Shown: piece by piece, positions 18,140 to 27,334 of the stretch
Numbering within the stretch: position 1 is the first letter of the stretch
How the letters are laid out: each line of letters opens with the position of its first letter
Program-made: the position numbers and the translations under genes
From: an uncultured Opitutales bacterium
GTDB taxonomy: Bacteria > Verrucomicrobiota > Verrucomicrobiia > Opitutales > Intestinicryptomonadaceae
Length of the DNA stretch: 32,000 bases
Assembly: GCA_934660865.1 (NCBI GenBank)
Contig: CAKUIA010000001.1
Location: forward strand, 120,001-152,000
Direction: 5' to 3'
The notes under the pieces: model-generated
What the model was told of the DNA's origin: nothing
What the model saw: the letters and a program-made list of their open reading frames with translations, nothing else
Databases searched by the model: none

Positions 18140-18409
18140 ATGGCAGATAACGCTAAAGATAAAAGCAGCATAATTAAGGAATACGCCGTAACCGATAAGG
18201 ATACGGGTTCGTGCGAAGTTCAAGTCGCATTGTTGTCGGCAAGGATAGCCCACTTAACGGACCACCTCGCCTCGCACAAAAAAGACTTCCACTCGCGCAA
18301 GGGTTTGTTGGCAATGGCCAGCAGGCGCCGCAAGTTGTTGGCTTATCTTAAACGCACCAATCTAACACGATACAACAATCTCATCACGAGATTGGGTCTT
18401 CGCAAGTAG
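18140..18409 (+). CDS. rpsO: 30S ribosomal protein S15
   Basis: Start at ATG 18140 ([15 protein letters not shown]..), with an AAGGA Shine-Dalgarno sequence 9 nt upstream. 89 aa. Typical S15 segments are [21 protein letters not shown] and [20 protein letters not shown]. Confidence 0.95.
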   Translation: MADNAKDKSSIIKEYAVTDKDTGSCEVQVALLSARIAHLTDHLASHKKDFHSRKGLLAMASRRRKLLAYLKRTNLTRYNNLITRLGLRK

Positions 18410-18425
18410 AGATTTGCACAAAACG

Positions 18426-18461
18426 CTCTCTTTACTCTTTCGGGTAAAGAGAGTTTTCATT
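18426..18461 (+). terminator. rpsO-pnp intercistronic hairpin (attenuator / processing site)
   Basis: A perfect 10-bp stem CTCTCTTTAC (18426-18435) pairs with GTAAAGAGAG (18444-18453) across an 8-nt loop. It is followed by TTTTCATTTTC. Confidence 0.75.
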
Positions 18462-18533
18462 TTCAAAAAACAATCACCAAGAACACGCAAACGTCCAATC
18501 CGTTCGGTTCACAACAATAAAGAAGAAACAATA

Positions 18534-20693
18534 ATGAAACAAAAATACTCAGTACAAGTGCCCGATTTGGGCATTACAATATCTACGGGCACAATAGCCA
18601 AACAGGCAAACGGCTCGGTAACAATACAGTTGGGCGACACTACCGTATTCGTAAGCGCCGTTGCAGCTTCGCAGTTGCGCCCCGAGCAGGACTTTTTCCC
18701 CCTTACGGTAGACTATAGGGAAAATTTCTCGGCCGCGGGCAGATTCCCCGGCGGATACTTTAAAAGAGAGGGTAAACCCTCCGAAAAGGAAATTTTAACG
18801 GCGCGCCTTTGCGACAGGCCTTTGCGCCCCTTGTTCCCCAAGGGCTTTATGAACGAAGTTCAGGTTATCGGCCAGCTTCTTACGGCCGACGGCGTTAACG
18901 AACCCGACATTTTAATGGTAAACGGCGCAAGCGCCGCAATGTACATTTCCGACATTCCGTGGCAGGGCCCCGTTGGCTGCGTAAGAATTGCCGACATAGA
19001 CGGCAACTTTGTAGTTAACCCCACGCACGAACAGATGCTGGATTCTACCCTCGATTTGATTTACGTAGGCAACAAGACCGAAATGATGATGATTGAAGGC
19101 AGCGCCGAACAATATCCCGAAGACAAGTTTATAGAAGCTTTGGCATTCGCGCAAACACAGGTTCAAAAAATCATCTCTGCAATAGAAGACTTGGCAAAAC
19201 AGGTTGCAAAGCCCAAAAAGGAATTCCCCCTTGTTGTTGTTAAGCCCGAAATTTTGCAGATGTGCACCGACTTTGTCGGCGACAGGCTTTTGACCGCAGT
19301 TTTCCAGGACAACAAACTTAAAAGACAGGCCGATGTAGACGCCCTTATGGAAGAAGCGGCCGCCTTTGTTCAGGGAAAGGTAGGCGAAGAGGAATTCGAC
19401 AAAAACCAGATAAGGTTGGCGTTCGAAGAATTGCAGGAAAAGGTATACCGCGAAAACATTTTGGACGCCGGCAAGCGCTGCGACGGCCGCGGCGTTAAAG
19501 ACCTGCGCCCCATTGCGTGCGACACAAACCTCTTCCCCGTAGTACACGGTTCGGCACTCTTCCAAAGAGGCGAAACGCAGGCCATTGTATTTACCACATT
19601 GGGCACAACAAAAGACTGCCAGGAATTAGACGGCCTTACGGGCGGCAGCAAGCAAAAGTCGTTTATTTTGCACTACAACTTCCCGCCCTACTCGGTCGGC
19701 GAAACCGGCAGGTTCGGCAGCCCGGGCCGCAGGGAAATCGGCCACGGCAACTTGGCCGAACGCTCGCTTTTGCCCGTATTGCCCTCCGAAGACAAATTCC
19801 CCTACGCAATCCGACTGGTATCCGAAATTATGGAATCGAACGGTTCCACGTCTATGGCGTCGGTTTGCGGCGGCTGCCTAAGCCTTATGGACGCAGGCGT
19901 GCCGATAGAAACCCCCGTAGCGGGCATTTCGTGCGGCTTGGTAACGCGCTTCGACGAAAACCGCAAGCTTTTAAAGCACGTTGTTCTCACCGACATTCTC
20001 GGCGCGGAAGACCACTTCGGCGATATGGACTTTAAAATTTGCGGTACACGCAAAGGCATAACGGGCTTCCAGTTGGACTTGAAAATTACCGGGCTTTCGT
20101 TCGAAATCACAAAAGAGGCAATCTACCAAAACAGGGAAGCCCGCTTTAAGATTTTGGACATAATGGCGGCCGTAAAACCCGAACCTAGCGCCGAAACAAA
20201 GGAATGTGCACCCAAGATTAAGCAAATGCGCATTTCGCCCGACAAAATCGGCATGCTTATCGGCCCGGGAGGCAAAAACATTCGCCGTATATGCGAAATT
20301 TCGGGCGCCCAAATCGACATCGACGACGAAGACCCCGGCAGAGTCCTTATTTTTGCAAAGGGCAAATCCGCCATGGAAAGAGCCGTTGCCGAAATCGAAT
20401 TTACAATCGGCGAAATCGAAGTCGGCAAAACCTACAAGGGTATTGTTCGCTCTATCAAGGAATTCGGCGCGTTTGTGGAATGTCTGCCCGGCAAGGAAGG
20501 CCTAGTTCACATCTCCGAATTGGCCGACTTTAGGGTAAACAAAACCGAAGATGTTTGCAAATTGGGCGACGAAATTATGGTTAAGTGCATAGGCATAGAC
20601 GACAAGGGCCGCGTACGCTTGTCGAGACGTGCGGCCTTGTGCGAAGCCCAGGGCATTCCCTACGAACCCAAGCCCAGAGGCTCGAGAGAATAA
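18534..20693 (+). CDS. pnp: Polyribonucleotide nucleotidyltransferase (PNPase)
   Basis: Start at ATG 18534 ([13 protein letters not shown]..). Two RNase PH domains, a KH domain ([14 protein letters not shown]) and an S1 domain ([19 protein letters not shown]). 719 aa. The listed start at 18414 would read through the intercistronic terminator hairpin. Confidence 0.95.
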   Translation: MKQKYSVQVPDLGITISTGTIAKQANGSVTIQLGDTTVFVSAVAASQLRPEQDFFPLTVDYRENFSAAGRFPGGYFKREGKPSEKEILTARLCDRPLRPLFPKGFMNEVQVIGQLLTADGVNEPDILMVNGASAAMYISDIPWQGPVGCVRIADIDGNFVVNPTHEQMLDSTLDLIYVGNKTEMMMIEGSAEQYPEDKFIEALAFAQTQVQKIISAIEDLAKQVAKPKKEFPLVVVKPEILQMCTDFVGDRLLTAVFQDNKLKRQADVDALMEEAAAFVQGKVGEEEFDKNQIRLAFEELQEKVYRENILDAGKRCDGRGVKDLRPIACDTNLFPVVHGSALFQRGETQAIVFTTLGTTKDCQELDGLTGGSKQKSFILHYNFPPYSVGETGRFGSPGRREIGHGNLAERSLLPVLPSEDKFPYAIRLVSEIMESNGSTSMASVCGGCLSLMDAGVPIETPVAGISCGLVTRFDENRKLLKHVVLTDILGAEDHFGDMDFKICGTRKGITGFQLDLKITGLSFEITKEAIYQNREARFKILDIMAAVKPEPSAETKECAPKIKQMRISPDKIGMLIGPGGKNIRRICEISGAQIDIDDEDPGRVLIFAKGKSAMERAVAEIEFTIGEIEVGKTYKGIVRSIKEFGAFVECLPGKEGLVHISELADFRVNKTEDVCKLGDEIMVKCIGIDDKGRVRLSRRAALCEAQGIPYEPKPRGSRE

Positions 20694-20716
20694 CAGGCTT
20701 GCCCCTAGCTAAAAAC

Positions 20717-20749
20717 AAAAATCCCCGACACTGTTCGGGGATTTTTTTT
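20717..20749 (+). terminator. Rho-independent terminator after pnp
   Basis: ATCCCCGA (20721-20728) pairs with TCGGGGAT (20735-20742) across a 6-nt loop. It is followed by a T8 run. Confidence 0.85.
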
Positions 20750-20782
20750 GCAGCACTTTTCGATAAAAAACGGCAATGCAAA

Positions 20783-20818
20783 TAAAAACAAAAAACCGAA
20801 CGGCAAAAACCGCTCGGT
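20783..20818 (-). terminator. Rho-independent terminator after the ferredoxin gene
   Basis: Minus-strand ACCGAGCGG pairs with CCGTTCGGT. The one G-U pair is valid only in the minus-strand transcript. The hairpin is followed by TTTTTTGTTTTT. Confidence 0.7.
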
Positions 20819-20843
20819 TTAAATTTCCTAAAAAACGTAAAAC

Positions 20844-21074
20844 TTATTCGCCGTCGTCGCCGATTGCGTTTACGGGGCACGATTCCATTGCCTCTGTGCA
20901 GGAAGCAGTTTCGGCGTCGGAAGCGGGCTGCTTTTTAACATACGACATACCCTCGTCGTTTCTGTCGAAAAATTCGGGAGCCATTTGTCTGCAAAGATCG
21001 CAATCGATGCACTGTTTGTCTACATAGAACTTGCCTTCTACGTTTAATTGTGTTTTGTCGTTTTTATCTGCCAT
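20844..21074 (-). CDS. Small single-cluster ferredoxin
   Basis: 76 aa with CIDCDLC ... CP cysteine spacing typical of a single [4Fe-4S]/[3Fe-4S] ferredoxin. Confidence 0.85.
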   Translation of the reverse strand: MADKNDKTQLNVEGKFYVDKQCIDCDLCRQMAPEFFDRNDEGMSYVKKQPASDAETASCTEAMESCPVNAIGDDGE

Positions 21075-21184
21075 AATGCGATAACCATCGGATAAATTCG
21101 CCCATTCGTCAAGTTTTTTCGGCTAAAAAATTAACTTGTCTAAAGGGCAAATACGTCAATAGATTATGTGGCTTAAAAACCAAT

Positions 21185-21613
21185 ATGCAGAATGCGGAAA
21201 AAATAGGTGCGCTAAACAACATTCTTGCGCTTAATGCGCAGGCGGCAAGCGATGTTTCGTGCGGCGTAGACTACGCTTTGCACTGCAACTGCGCACTGCG
21301 AAGCTCGCCCGAAATAGCCAAGCGCCTGCTTAAAATTTACGACGAAAACGCCGCAATCGAATATGTGGCTTTCGACGGCGACTATTTCGACCCGCTTTTT
21401 GCCGTTGTGCGCCTAAAAGAAGCCTTAATGCGCTTGACAGGCTACAAACGCTCGATTTTGATAATCGAGTCGCTTTCGAAAAGCTCGCTAAACGGCAAAA
21501 AGCGAAAGTCGCAAAAAAGCGAACTTCGCCTGCGCGAAAATGCGGCGTTTATAGAAAGCTACGCCGAAAAATTCGAAAAATACATTCAAAACCTCGAAAT
21601 AATATTTATATGA
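21185..21613 (+). CDS. Hypothetical protein (142 aa)
   Basis: An ORF with ATGA stop/start overlap to the downstream HIT gene. I recognise no motif. The C-terminal third is Lys/Ser/Glu-rich and predicted helical. Confidence 0.55.
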   Translation: MQNAEKIGALNNILALNAQAASDVSCGVDYALHCNCALRSSPEIAKRLLKIYDENAAIEYVAFDGDYFDPLFAVVRLKEALMRLTGYKRSILIIESLSKSSLNGKKRKSQKSELRLRENAAFIESYAEKFEKYIQNLEIIFI

Positions 21614-21948
21614 AAACACTGTTCGAAAAGATAATAGACGGCGAACTGCCGTCGAACAAGGTCTACGAAGACGAATCGTTTTTCGCCTTCAGGGACATTG
21701 CCCCGCAAGCTCCCACGCACGTTATATTGGTGCCAAAGCGCGTTATACCGCGCATTGCCGAAGCCAAGGAAAGCGATGCCGACCTTTTGGGGCGCCTAAT
21801 GCTGACTGCCGCAAAAATAGCCAAGCAGGAAAAACTTAACGAAGGCTTTAGAATTGTGATAAACAACGGGCCTTTCGGCGGCGAAACCGTGCCGCATTTG
21901 CATGTACACATTTTGGGCGGCCGCCAATTAAAATGGCCGCCCTGCTGA
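21610..21948 (+). CDS. hinT: HIT-family nucleotide hydrolase (HinT-like)
   Basis: 112 aa. The histidine triad is HLHVHILGG, and the N-terminus IF.KII.GE.P...VYEDE...AF.DI.PQAP.H.L..PK is typical of HinT. Confidence 0.9.
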   Translation: MKTLFEKIIDGELPSNKVYEDESFFAFRDIAPQAPTHVILVPKRVIPRIAEAKESDADLLGRLMLTAAKIAKQEKLNEGFRIVINNGPFGGETVPHLHVHILGGRQLKWPPC

Positions 21949-21990
21949 TTGCGCCGCATTTAGCCTTTCCGCAAAACCTAAAAACACGCA

Positions 21991-22024
21991 AAAAAACCCG
22001 CACCTAAAAAAGTGCGGTTTTCGC
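21991..22024. terminator. Bidirectional terminator between hinT (+) and the NT5C-like gene (-)
   Basis: AAACCCGCAC (21994-22003) pairs with GTGCGGTTTT (22012-22021) across an 8-nt A-rich loop. A and T runs lie on both sides. Confidence 0.75.
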
Positions 22025-22058
22025 GTCTGCGCAAATCCGATTGCCGGAATAAAAAATC

Positions 22059-22580
22059 CTACAAAAGCTCCCTTATTTGCGCCCAATTTGCCCTGACTAC
22101 GCCGTCGGCTCTTACTCCATAATTTTGCGGCTGGGCGAAAAGTATTTTGGTGTTTCCCCTAAAAGAAGTCAGGTTCGAAAGCTTGTCGTCTATCATAATG
22201 TCGGCCAAAACAAAATCCTTTGTGCCGCAAAACACAAACTGCTTCCAGTGTAGATAGGGGAAATATCTGTTAAGCCAAACTATTTTCTCCTTCATGCTGT
22301 CGGGGTATTCAGTGGCCGCCGAAACAATTAAAACCCTGTATTTTTCGTTTAGGTATTTCAGGGTTTCTACGGCGCCCTCCATAACGGGGGCGTTTTCGTA
22401 TATGCCCTTTTGTGCAAGGCACTCCCTGCAATGCGGGAAGGCCTGCGGAATCAGAATTCCCCTAACCGAATTTAGGTCTATTTTTTTGTTTGCAACTTTT
22501 TCCTCGTAGGCGGCAATTATGTTGTATAAATCCGCCATTACGCAGTCCATATCCACGGCAATGCACTTTCTGTTGTCCAT
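22059..22580 (-). CDS. HAD-superfamily 5'(3')-deoxyribonucleotidase-like phosphatase (NT5C family)
   Basis: 173 aa. Motif I is AVDMDCVMAD, and the layout is NT5C-like (..LIVSAA.., ..IMIDDK..). It starts 5 nt after the uxaA stop. Confidence 0.75.
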   Translation of the reverse strand: MDNRKCIAVDMDCVMADLYNIIAAYEEKVANKKIDLNSVRGILIPQAFPHCRECLAQKGIYENAPVMEGAVETLKYLNEKYRVLIVSAATEYPDSMKEKIVWLNRYFPYLHWKQFVFCGTKDFVLADIMIDDKLSNLTSFRGNTKILFAQPQNYGVRADGVVRANWAQIRELL

Positions 22581-22585
22581 AGCTT

Positions 22586-24076
22586 TTATAATGTTACACC
22601 GTTTTTAAAAATTGCAATTTCTTTATATCCGTTTTGCTCCGACTTTGTCTTTTTTCCGTTTGCAACTTCAAGAACAAAATCGAAAAACTCTTTTGCAAGA
22701 TTGCAAATGGGCCTGCCGTTGGCTATTTCGCCGGCGTTAAAGTCTATCCAGTTGCGCTTGTTTTCGCTTAGGGGCGTGTTTGTGGCTATTTTTATTGTGG
22801 GAACGGCCGCCCCCCACGGAGTGCCCCTGCCCGTGCTAAACAATATAATTTGGCAACCCGCGGCGGCAAGGGTTGTAGTTGCAACAGGGTCGTTGCCGGG
22901 CGAAGTTAAAAGGCTTAGCCCCGCGCTTTTCACAAAGTCGCCGTACATAAGAACGTCTCTTACCAAAGCATGCCCGCCCTTTTGCACGCAGCCCAACGAT
23001 TTCTCCTCCAATGTGGAAATTCCGCCGTCTCTGTTGCCCGGCGATGGATTTTCGTAGACGGGCATTTTGTACGACATAAAATACTCTTTAAACGAGTTTA
23101 TCATTTCCACGATTTTTTGAAATACCTCTTTGTTGCAGGCTCTTTGCATAAGCAGGGTTTCGGCCCCGAACATTTCGGGAACCTCGGTCAGCACGCACGA
23201 AGCCCCCCTAGTTATCGCCATATCCGAAAACGCGCCTATAAGCGGGTTTGCCGTAATGCCCGAAAACCCGTCGGACCCTCCGCACTTAAGCCCAATCGAA
23301 AGCTTGCCAAGCGGCAGCTGCGTGCGCGTATCTTCCTTCATTTTTAGCGCCAAGCCCCTTAAAATTTCAAGACCTTCGGCAATTTCGTCTGAAAAGTCTT
23401 GCGCCTGCATAAAGCAGATTCTCTCGGAATCGAAATCTCCCAAAAATTCCCTGAATTTTGAAAGCCTGTTGTTTTCGCAGCCAAGCCCCAAAACTAGAAC
23501 GCCGCCCGCATTGGGGTGCAAAGCCAGCCCCCTTAAAATTTTGCGGGTGTTTTCGTGGTCGCAGCCAAGCTGCGAGCAGCCGTATGTATGCGGGATTGCA
23601 AAAACCCCGTCGGTATATTTTGCATATTCTGTTTTCGAAAATTCGGCCGCCATTTTTTGGGCAACCGCATTTACGCACGAAACCGTCGGGATAATCCACA
23701 GCTCGTTTCTTACGCCCGCCTTGCCGTTTTTGCGCAAATAGCCGTTAAAAAAAGCCTGCTCTGCCGATTCTTTAACCGCGCAACTTTTTATGGGGTTATA
23801 TGTATAGCTTAAAAGCTCGCCTAGCGCCGTTTTTATGTTGCGGTCGCTAACCCAGTCGCCGCGGGCTATGTCGCATTGGGCAATGCCTATCGTGTGCCCG
23901 TATTTTACAATTTCTTCGCCCTTTTTTAGCGGCCTTAATGCAACCTTGTGCCCGAAGGGAACATCGCACAATACTGAAAAGGCATTCCCGCCAATATCAA
24001 AGCTTTCGCCCTTTTTTAGCGGCTTTAGGGCAACTGCAACATTGTCGGCACCGTTTATCTGAAGCAACTTCGACAT
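22586..24076 (-). CDS. uxaA: Altronate dehydratase
   Basis: 496 aa. An N-terminal SAF domain (DNVAVAL..L.KGE ; FGHKVAL..L.KGE) is followed by the UxaA/GarD-family catalytic domain. Confidence 0.9.
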   Translation of the reverse strand: MSKLLQINGADNVAVALKPLKKGESFDIGGNAFSVLCDVPFGHKVALRPLKKGEEIVKYGHTIGIAQCDIARGDWVSDRNIKTALGELLSYTYNPIKSCAVKESAEQAFFNGYLRKNGKAGVRNELWIIPTVSCVNAVAQKMAAEFSKTEYAKYTDGVFAIPHTYGCSQLGCDHENTRKILRGLALHPNAGGVLVLGLGCENNRLSKFREFLGDFDSERICFMQAQDFSDEIAEGLEILRGLALKMKEDTRTQLPLGKLSIGLKCGGSDGFSGITANPLIGAFSDMAITRGASCVLTEVPEMFGAETLLMQRACNKEVFQKIVEMINSFKEYFMSYKMPVYENPSPGNRDGGISTLEEKSLGCVQKGGHALVRDVLMYGDFVKSAGLSLLTSPGNDPVATTTLAAAGCQIILFSTGRGTPWGAAVPTIKIATNTPLSENKRNWIDFNAGEIANGRPICNLAKEFFDFVLEVANGKKTKSEQNGYKEIAIFKNGVTL

Positions 24077-24081
24077 ATCCG

Positions 24082-25485
24082 TTAAAAAAACTTTTTTAAA
24101 GATTCCAAAACGCCAATTTCCTTTACCGATTCGGCATATTTTTGCGAAAGCTCTTTAAAGCCGTTTACGGCAAACAGGCTTTCCGTATAGATTTCTTTTG
24201 AATCGAAAAGAATTGCCTGAAACTTAAGAAAATCGCTTTCTGTTTTCAGGGTTTCGGGAGCGTTAAGCGGCAGCAAAGACCTGTCGGCAAAGGCAAGGAA
24301 GGCGTTTGCGACCAAACCGAATACGCATCTTTCGGGCAAAACGCCCTTTCTTTTTACAAACTCCCTAAGCGGGGGAACTACCCTTACCGCAGTTTTCGAA
24401 ATCGCGTTCGAGCTAATCGCCTTTAGCTGGTGTTTTAAATACGGGTTTTTAAACCTTTCCAACACGGAATTTGCATAGGCGGTTTTGGCTTTTATGTCTA
24501 AATCCAATGTTTCCAAAAGCTCGCCAAAAATGCAGTCTTCTACAAATTTGCCCAAAACGGGGTGCAATAGTGCGTCCATTACCGTTTTAACATTCATCTG
24601 CAAACCCGTCGCCGCCATTATGGTGTGCGGCGCGTTAAGCAGGGTTACCTTTTGCGCCCTGTATAGGGAAATGTCGTTTGTAAACACAACGTTTAGACCG
24701 CATTTTTCGAAGGGAATTTCGTTGCGGACAAATTCGGGAGCCTGAATTGCCCACAAATAATAGGGTTCTGCAACAACCGCCAAATTGTCGGTATATTCCC
24801 AAATCTGCTCCAAAGCCGCGGCAATGTGGGCGGGATAGCCGCTTACAATGCGGTCTACCAAAGTGTTGCAAAACGCGCACGCGCTTTCAACCCAATCGGC
24901 AAAGCCTTCGGGCAAATTCCACAGCTTTGCATATTTTAAAACGCAAGCTTTTAACGCGTCGCCGTTTTTCTCGATAAGCTCGCACGGCAAGACAATTATG
25001 CCCTTTGCTGTGTCGCCCTTAAAAAAGCTGTAGCGCTCGAACAAAAGCTTTGCAAGCTTTGCGGGAAAAGTGCTAGGCGGCTCGTCGGAAATCTTGTCGC
25101 TTTCGCAAAAGGCAATGCCCGCCTCGGTGCTGTTCGATATAACTATGCGCCAATCTTCGGCCTTTGCAAAGGCCGCAAATTCGGCGTAGTTTTCGTAGGG
25201 GTTAAGGGCTTTTGTTATGCTGTTAATAGGCAAACATTCGGTTGTTATTGCGCCGTTTTTTAAGCCCTGAACTACAAGCGTATAAAGGCAGTTTTGCGCG
25301 TGCAATTTTGCAACCGAACCGCTCTTTCGCAAATTGCATGCGCACACGGCCGAATTAAAGGAGCAACTGCGGTTCATTTCAAAAACCATATAGTCGGCAA
25401 AGGCCCTTAAAAAGTTGCCTTCGCCGAACTGCAAAATCCTTACGGGGCGTTCCTGTACGCCTACTGCGTCTTTTATGTTTGGCAT
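24082..25485 (-). CDS. uxaB: Tagaturonate reductase (altronate oxidoreductase)
   Basis: 467 aa, mannitol-dehydrogenase family. The N-terminus ILQFGEGNFLRAFADYM is typical of UxaB. It lies directly upstream of uxaA. Confidence 0.88.
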   Translation of the reverse strand: MPNIKDAVGVQERPVRILQFGEGNFLRAFADYMVFEMNRSCSFNSAVCACNLRKSGSVAKLHAQNCLYTLVVQGLKNGAITTECLPINSITKALNPYENYAEFAAFAKAEDWRIVISNSTEAGIAFCESDKISDEPPSTFPAKLAKLLFERYSFFKGDTAKGIIVLPCELIEKNGDALKACVLKYAKLWNLPEGFADWVESACAFCNTLVDRIVSGYPAHIAAALEQIWEYTDNLAVVAEPYYLWAIQAPEFVRNEIPFEKCGLNVVFTNDISLYRAQKVTLLNAPHTIMAATGLQMNVKTVMDALLHPVLGKFVEDCIFGELLETLDLDIKAKTAYANSVLERFKNPYLKHQLKAISSNAISKTAVRVVPPLREFVKRKGVLPERCVFGLVANAFLAFADRSLLPLNAPETLKTESDFLKFQAILFDSKEIYTESLFAVNGFKELSQKYAESVKEIGVLESLKKFF

Positions 25486-25524
25486 AGTAAAATCAAAATA
25501 TTTTAGTTATAAATTTAAAAATAA

Positions 25525-25552
25525 AATATATAAGTTTGGCTAAGTTCGTCAA
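25525..25552 (-). promoter_or_regulatory. Sigma70-like promoter TTGACG-N16-TATATT for uxaB
   Basis: On the minus strand, TTGACG is at 25552-25547 and TATATT at 25530-25525. An AT-rich leader of about 33 nt without an obvious Shine-Dalgarno sequence follows. Confidence 0.5.
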
Positions 25553-25600
25553 TTTCATTTGCCAAAAAATTTTGCCCTATTTTTCGCGCAAAAAACGCAA

Positions 25601-25637
25601 AAAAAGCAAAAAAGCCGCCCCCCTGCATGGGAGCGGC
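25601..25637 (-). terminator. Rho-independent terminator after glyQS
   Basis: Minus-strand GCCGCTCCC pairs with GGGGGGCGGC; the one G-U pair is valid only on the minus strand. The loop is ATGCA. The hairpin is followed by TTTTTTGCTTTTTTT. Confidence 0.85.
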
Positions 25638-25663
25638 AAAATTTTTCAGACAAAATCCGAAAC

Positions 25664-27169
25664 TTATCTGCCGATTTTCTCGCGCATAAAGTCTACCAAT
25701 TCGTCTTCAGACATACGAACCTGTTTTGTGGTATCGCGGTCTCTAACGGTTACGGTGCCGTCTTTTTCTATTGTGTCGAAGTCTATCGTAATGCCGAAAG
25801 GCGTGCCGATTTCGTCTTGACGGCGGTAGCGTTTGCCTATTGCGCCGCTTGCGTCGAAAAATACGTTCCAGTTGCGCTGAAGCTTTTTGTATAGCTTGTA
25901 GGCTCTGTCGTAGATTTCGGGCTTGTTCTTAAGCAGCGGGAATATTGCGGCCTTATACGGCGCAATTCTCGGGTGAAGCTTTAAAACAATTCTCTTTTCG
26001 GGAACGCCCTTTTCGTTCGGAACTTCGTCTTCGCAGTAGGCTGCGGTCATAACGGCCAGGAAAGTTCTGTCTACACCCAGCGAAGGCTCTATAACGTGCG
26101 GCAAATACTTTTCCTTTCTTTCCTCGTCGAAATATTCAAGGTTTTTACCCGAAGCGTTCTGGTGCTGGGTAAGGTCGAAATTGCCGCGTACGGCAATGCC
26201 CTGCAATTCCTGCAAGCCGTGCGGGAAGTGGAAAGTAATGTCGGTGCAGGCCTTTGCGTAGTGCGCCAGCTTTTCCTTCGGGTGCACGTCTTCGGCCAAA
26301 GATTCGGCGGGAATGCCTATCGAAACAAACCAGTTTTTGCAGTAGTCTATCCACGACCTGTGCAGCTTTTGCCAATCTTCGTAGGGGGAAATGAAATATT
26401 CAATTTCCATTTGCTCGAATTCGCGGCTTCTGAAAATGAAGTTGCGGGGCGTAATTTCGTTTCTGAAAGCCTTGCCTATTTGCGCAATGCCGAAGGGCAG
26501 CTTTACGCGGCTTGTGTCTACAATATTCTTAAATTCGGCGAAAATGCCCTGCGCCGTTTCGGGGCGCAAATATGCAACGGCAGTTTCGTCCCTCAAAGCG
26601 CCGATGTATGTTTGGAACATCAAGTTAAAATCGCGCGGGGGGGTAAGCGAGCCGGCCTTGCCCGTTGCGGGGCTGGGTATCAATACATATTCTTCGGGCT
26701 TTGCGTCCATATAGTTCTTTAAAACCACGGGCTCTAAGGTGCCCTGCTTTGCCAAATGGCGCTTTAAAGATTCGGCCTTTTTGTCGGCCTCTTTTTGCAT
26801 ATTTTCGTCTTCCAAAACGCTTACGTAGCCGATAACTTCGCCGTCTACCTTAACCTGGGCAAAGAAAATCTGGTCGGCGCGAAAGCGCATTTTAGATTCC
26901 TTGCAGTCTACCATAGGGTCGGAAAAGCCCGCAACGTGCCCGGAGGCTCTCCAAATGTCGGGGTGCATAATAATAGACGAATCCAAACCAACCATATCGT
27001 CTCTTAAATGCACAAAATCCTGCCACCAAGCGGCTTTTATGTTGTTTTTAAGCTCTACACCCAAAGGGCCGTAGTCGAAAAAACCGTTGCAGCCGCCGTA
27101 AATTTCGGACGATCTAAAAATGAAGCCCCTTCTTTTGCAGAGAGCTTCTATAGTACCCATATCTACCAT
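25664..27169 (-). CDS. glyQS: Glycine--tRNA ligase (alpha2 dimeric type)
   Basis: 501 aa. The N-terminus is [17 protein letters not shown]. Class II motifs are present ([27 protein letters not shown]), plus a C-terminal anticodon-binding domain. A GAAGG Shine-Dalgarno sequence lies 7 nt upstream of the ATG. Confidence 0.95.
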   Translation of the reverse strand: MVDMGTIEALCKRRGFIFRSSEIYGGCNGFFDYGPLGVELKNNIKAAWWQDFVHLRDDMVGLDSSIIMHPDIWRASGHVAGFSDPMVDCKESKMRFRADQIFFAQVKVDGEVIGYVSVLEDENMQKEADKKAESLKRHLAKQGTLEPVVLKNYMDAKPEEYVLIPSPATGKAGSLTPPRDFNLMFQTYIGALRDETAVAYLRPETAQGIFAEFKNIVDTSRVKLPFGIAQIGKAFRNEITPRNFIFRSREFEQMEIEYFISPYEDWQKLHRSWIDYCKNWFVSIGIPAESLAEDVHPKEKLAHYAKACTDITFHFPHGLQELQGIAVRGNFDLTQHQNASGKNLEYFDEERKEKYLPHVIEPSLGVDRTFLAVMTAAYCEDEVPNEKGVPEKRIVLKLHPRIAPYKAAIFPLLKNKPEIYDRAYKLYKKLQRNWNVFFDASGAIGKRYRRQDEIGTPFGITIDFDTIEKDGTVTVRDRDTTKQVRMSEDELVDFMREKIGR

Positions 27170-27204
27170 AGTATTGCCTTCTTATAAAATTTATAAAGTG
27201 CAGA

Positions 27205-27233
27205 ATTTAACCGCTTGTTGCACTAATTGTCAA
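27205..27233 (-). promoter_or_regulatory. Sigma70-like promoter TTGACA-N17-TTAAAT for glyQS
   Basis: On the minus strand, TTGACA is at 27233-27228 and TTAAAT at 27210-27205. Confidence 0.55.
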
Positions 27234-27297
27234 GAACGCAAAAAGCCGCAAAGCCCCGTTTTTGCAGCCTGCAATACTTAGCCAAACTTGTTTGCTC

Positions 27298-27326
27298 TTG
27301 ACACTTCTTCGGGCAAATTTTTTAAT
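27298..27326 (+). promoter_or_regulatory. Sigma70-like promoter TTGACA-N17-TTTAAT, 8 nt upstream of ATG 27335
   Basis: TTGACA lies at 27298-27303 and TTTAAT at 27321-27326. It is divergent from the glyQS promoter. Confidence 0.55.
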
Positions 27327-27334
27327 TTCAGGAT

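Noticed and set aside
18414-18533. N-terminal 40-aa extension of the pnp ORF as listed in the track
   Set aside because: The extension would be translated through the rpsO terminator hairpin and is not PNPase-like. The conserved protein begins at ATG 18534. The same reasoning trims rpsO (18062 to 18140), purT (8392 to 8332), the AlkA-like gene (8372 to 8417), the 2272 ORF (to 2314), the GH42-like gene (28254 to 28266) and the 17873 ORF (to 17792).
21166-21234. 22-codon upstream ORF (MWLKNQYAECGKNRCAKQHSCA) overlapping the start of the 21185 gene
   Set aside because: It is out of frame, has no Shine-Dalgarno or conservation evidence available, and is of a length expected by chance.
25486-25663. 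178-nt AT-rich gap between glyQS and uxaB as a possible small RNA
   Set aside because: The gap is fully accounted for by the strong glyQS terminator (25601-25637), the uxaB promoter (25525-25552) and a short leader.
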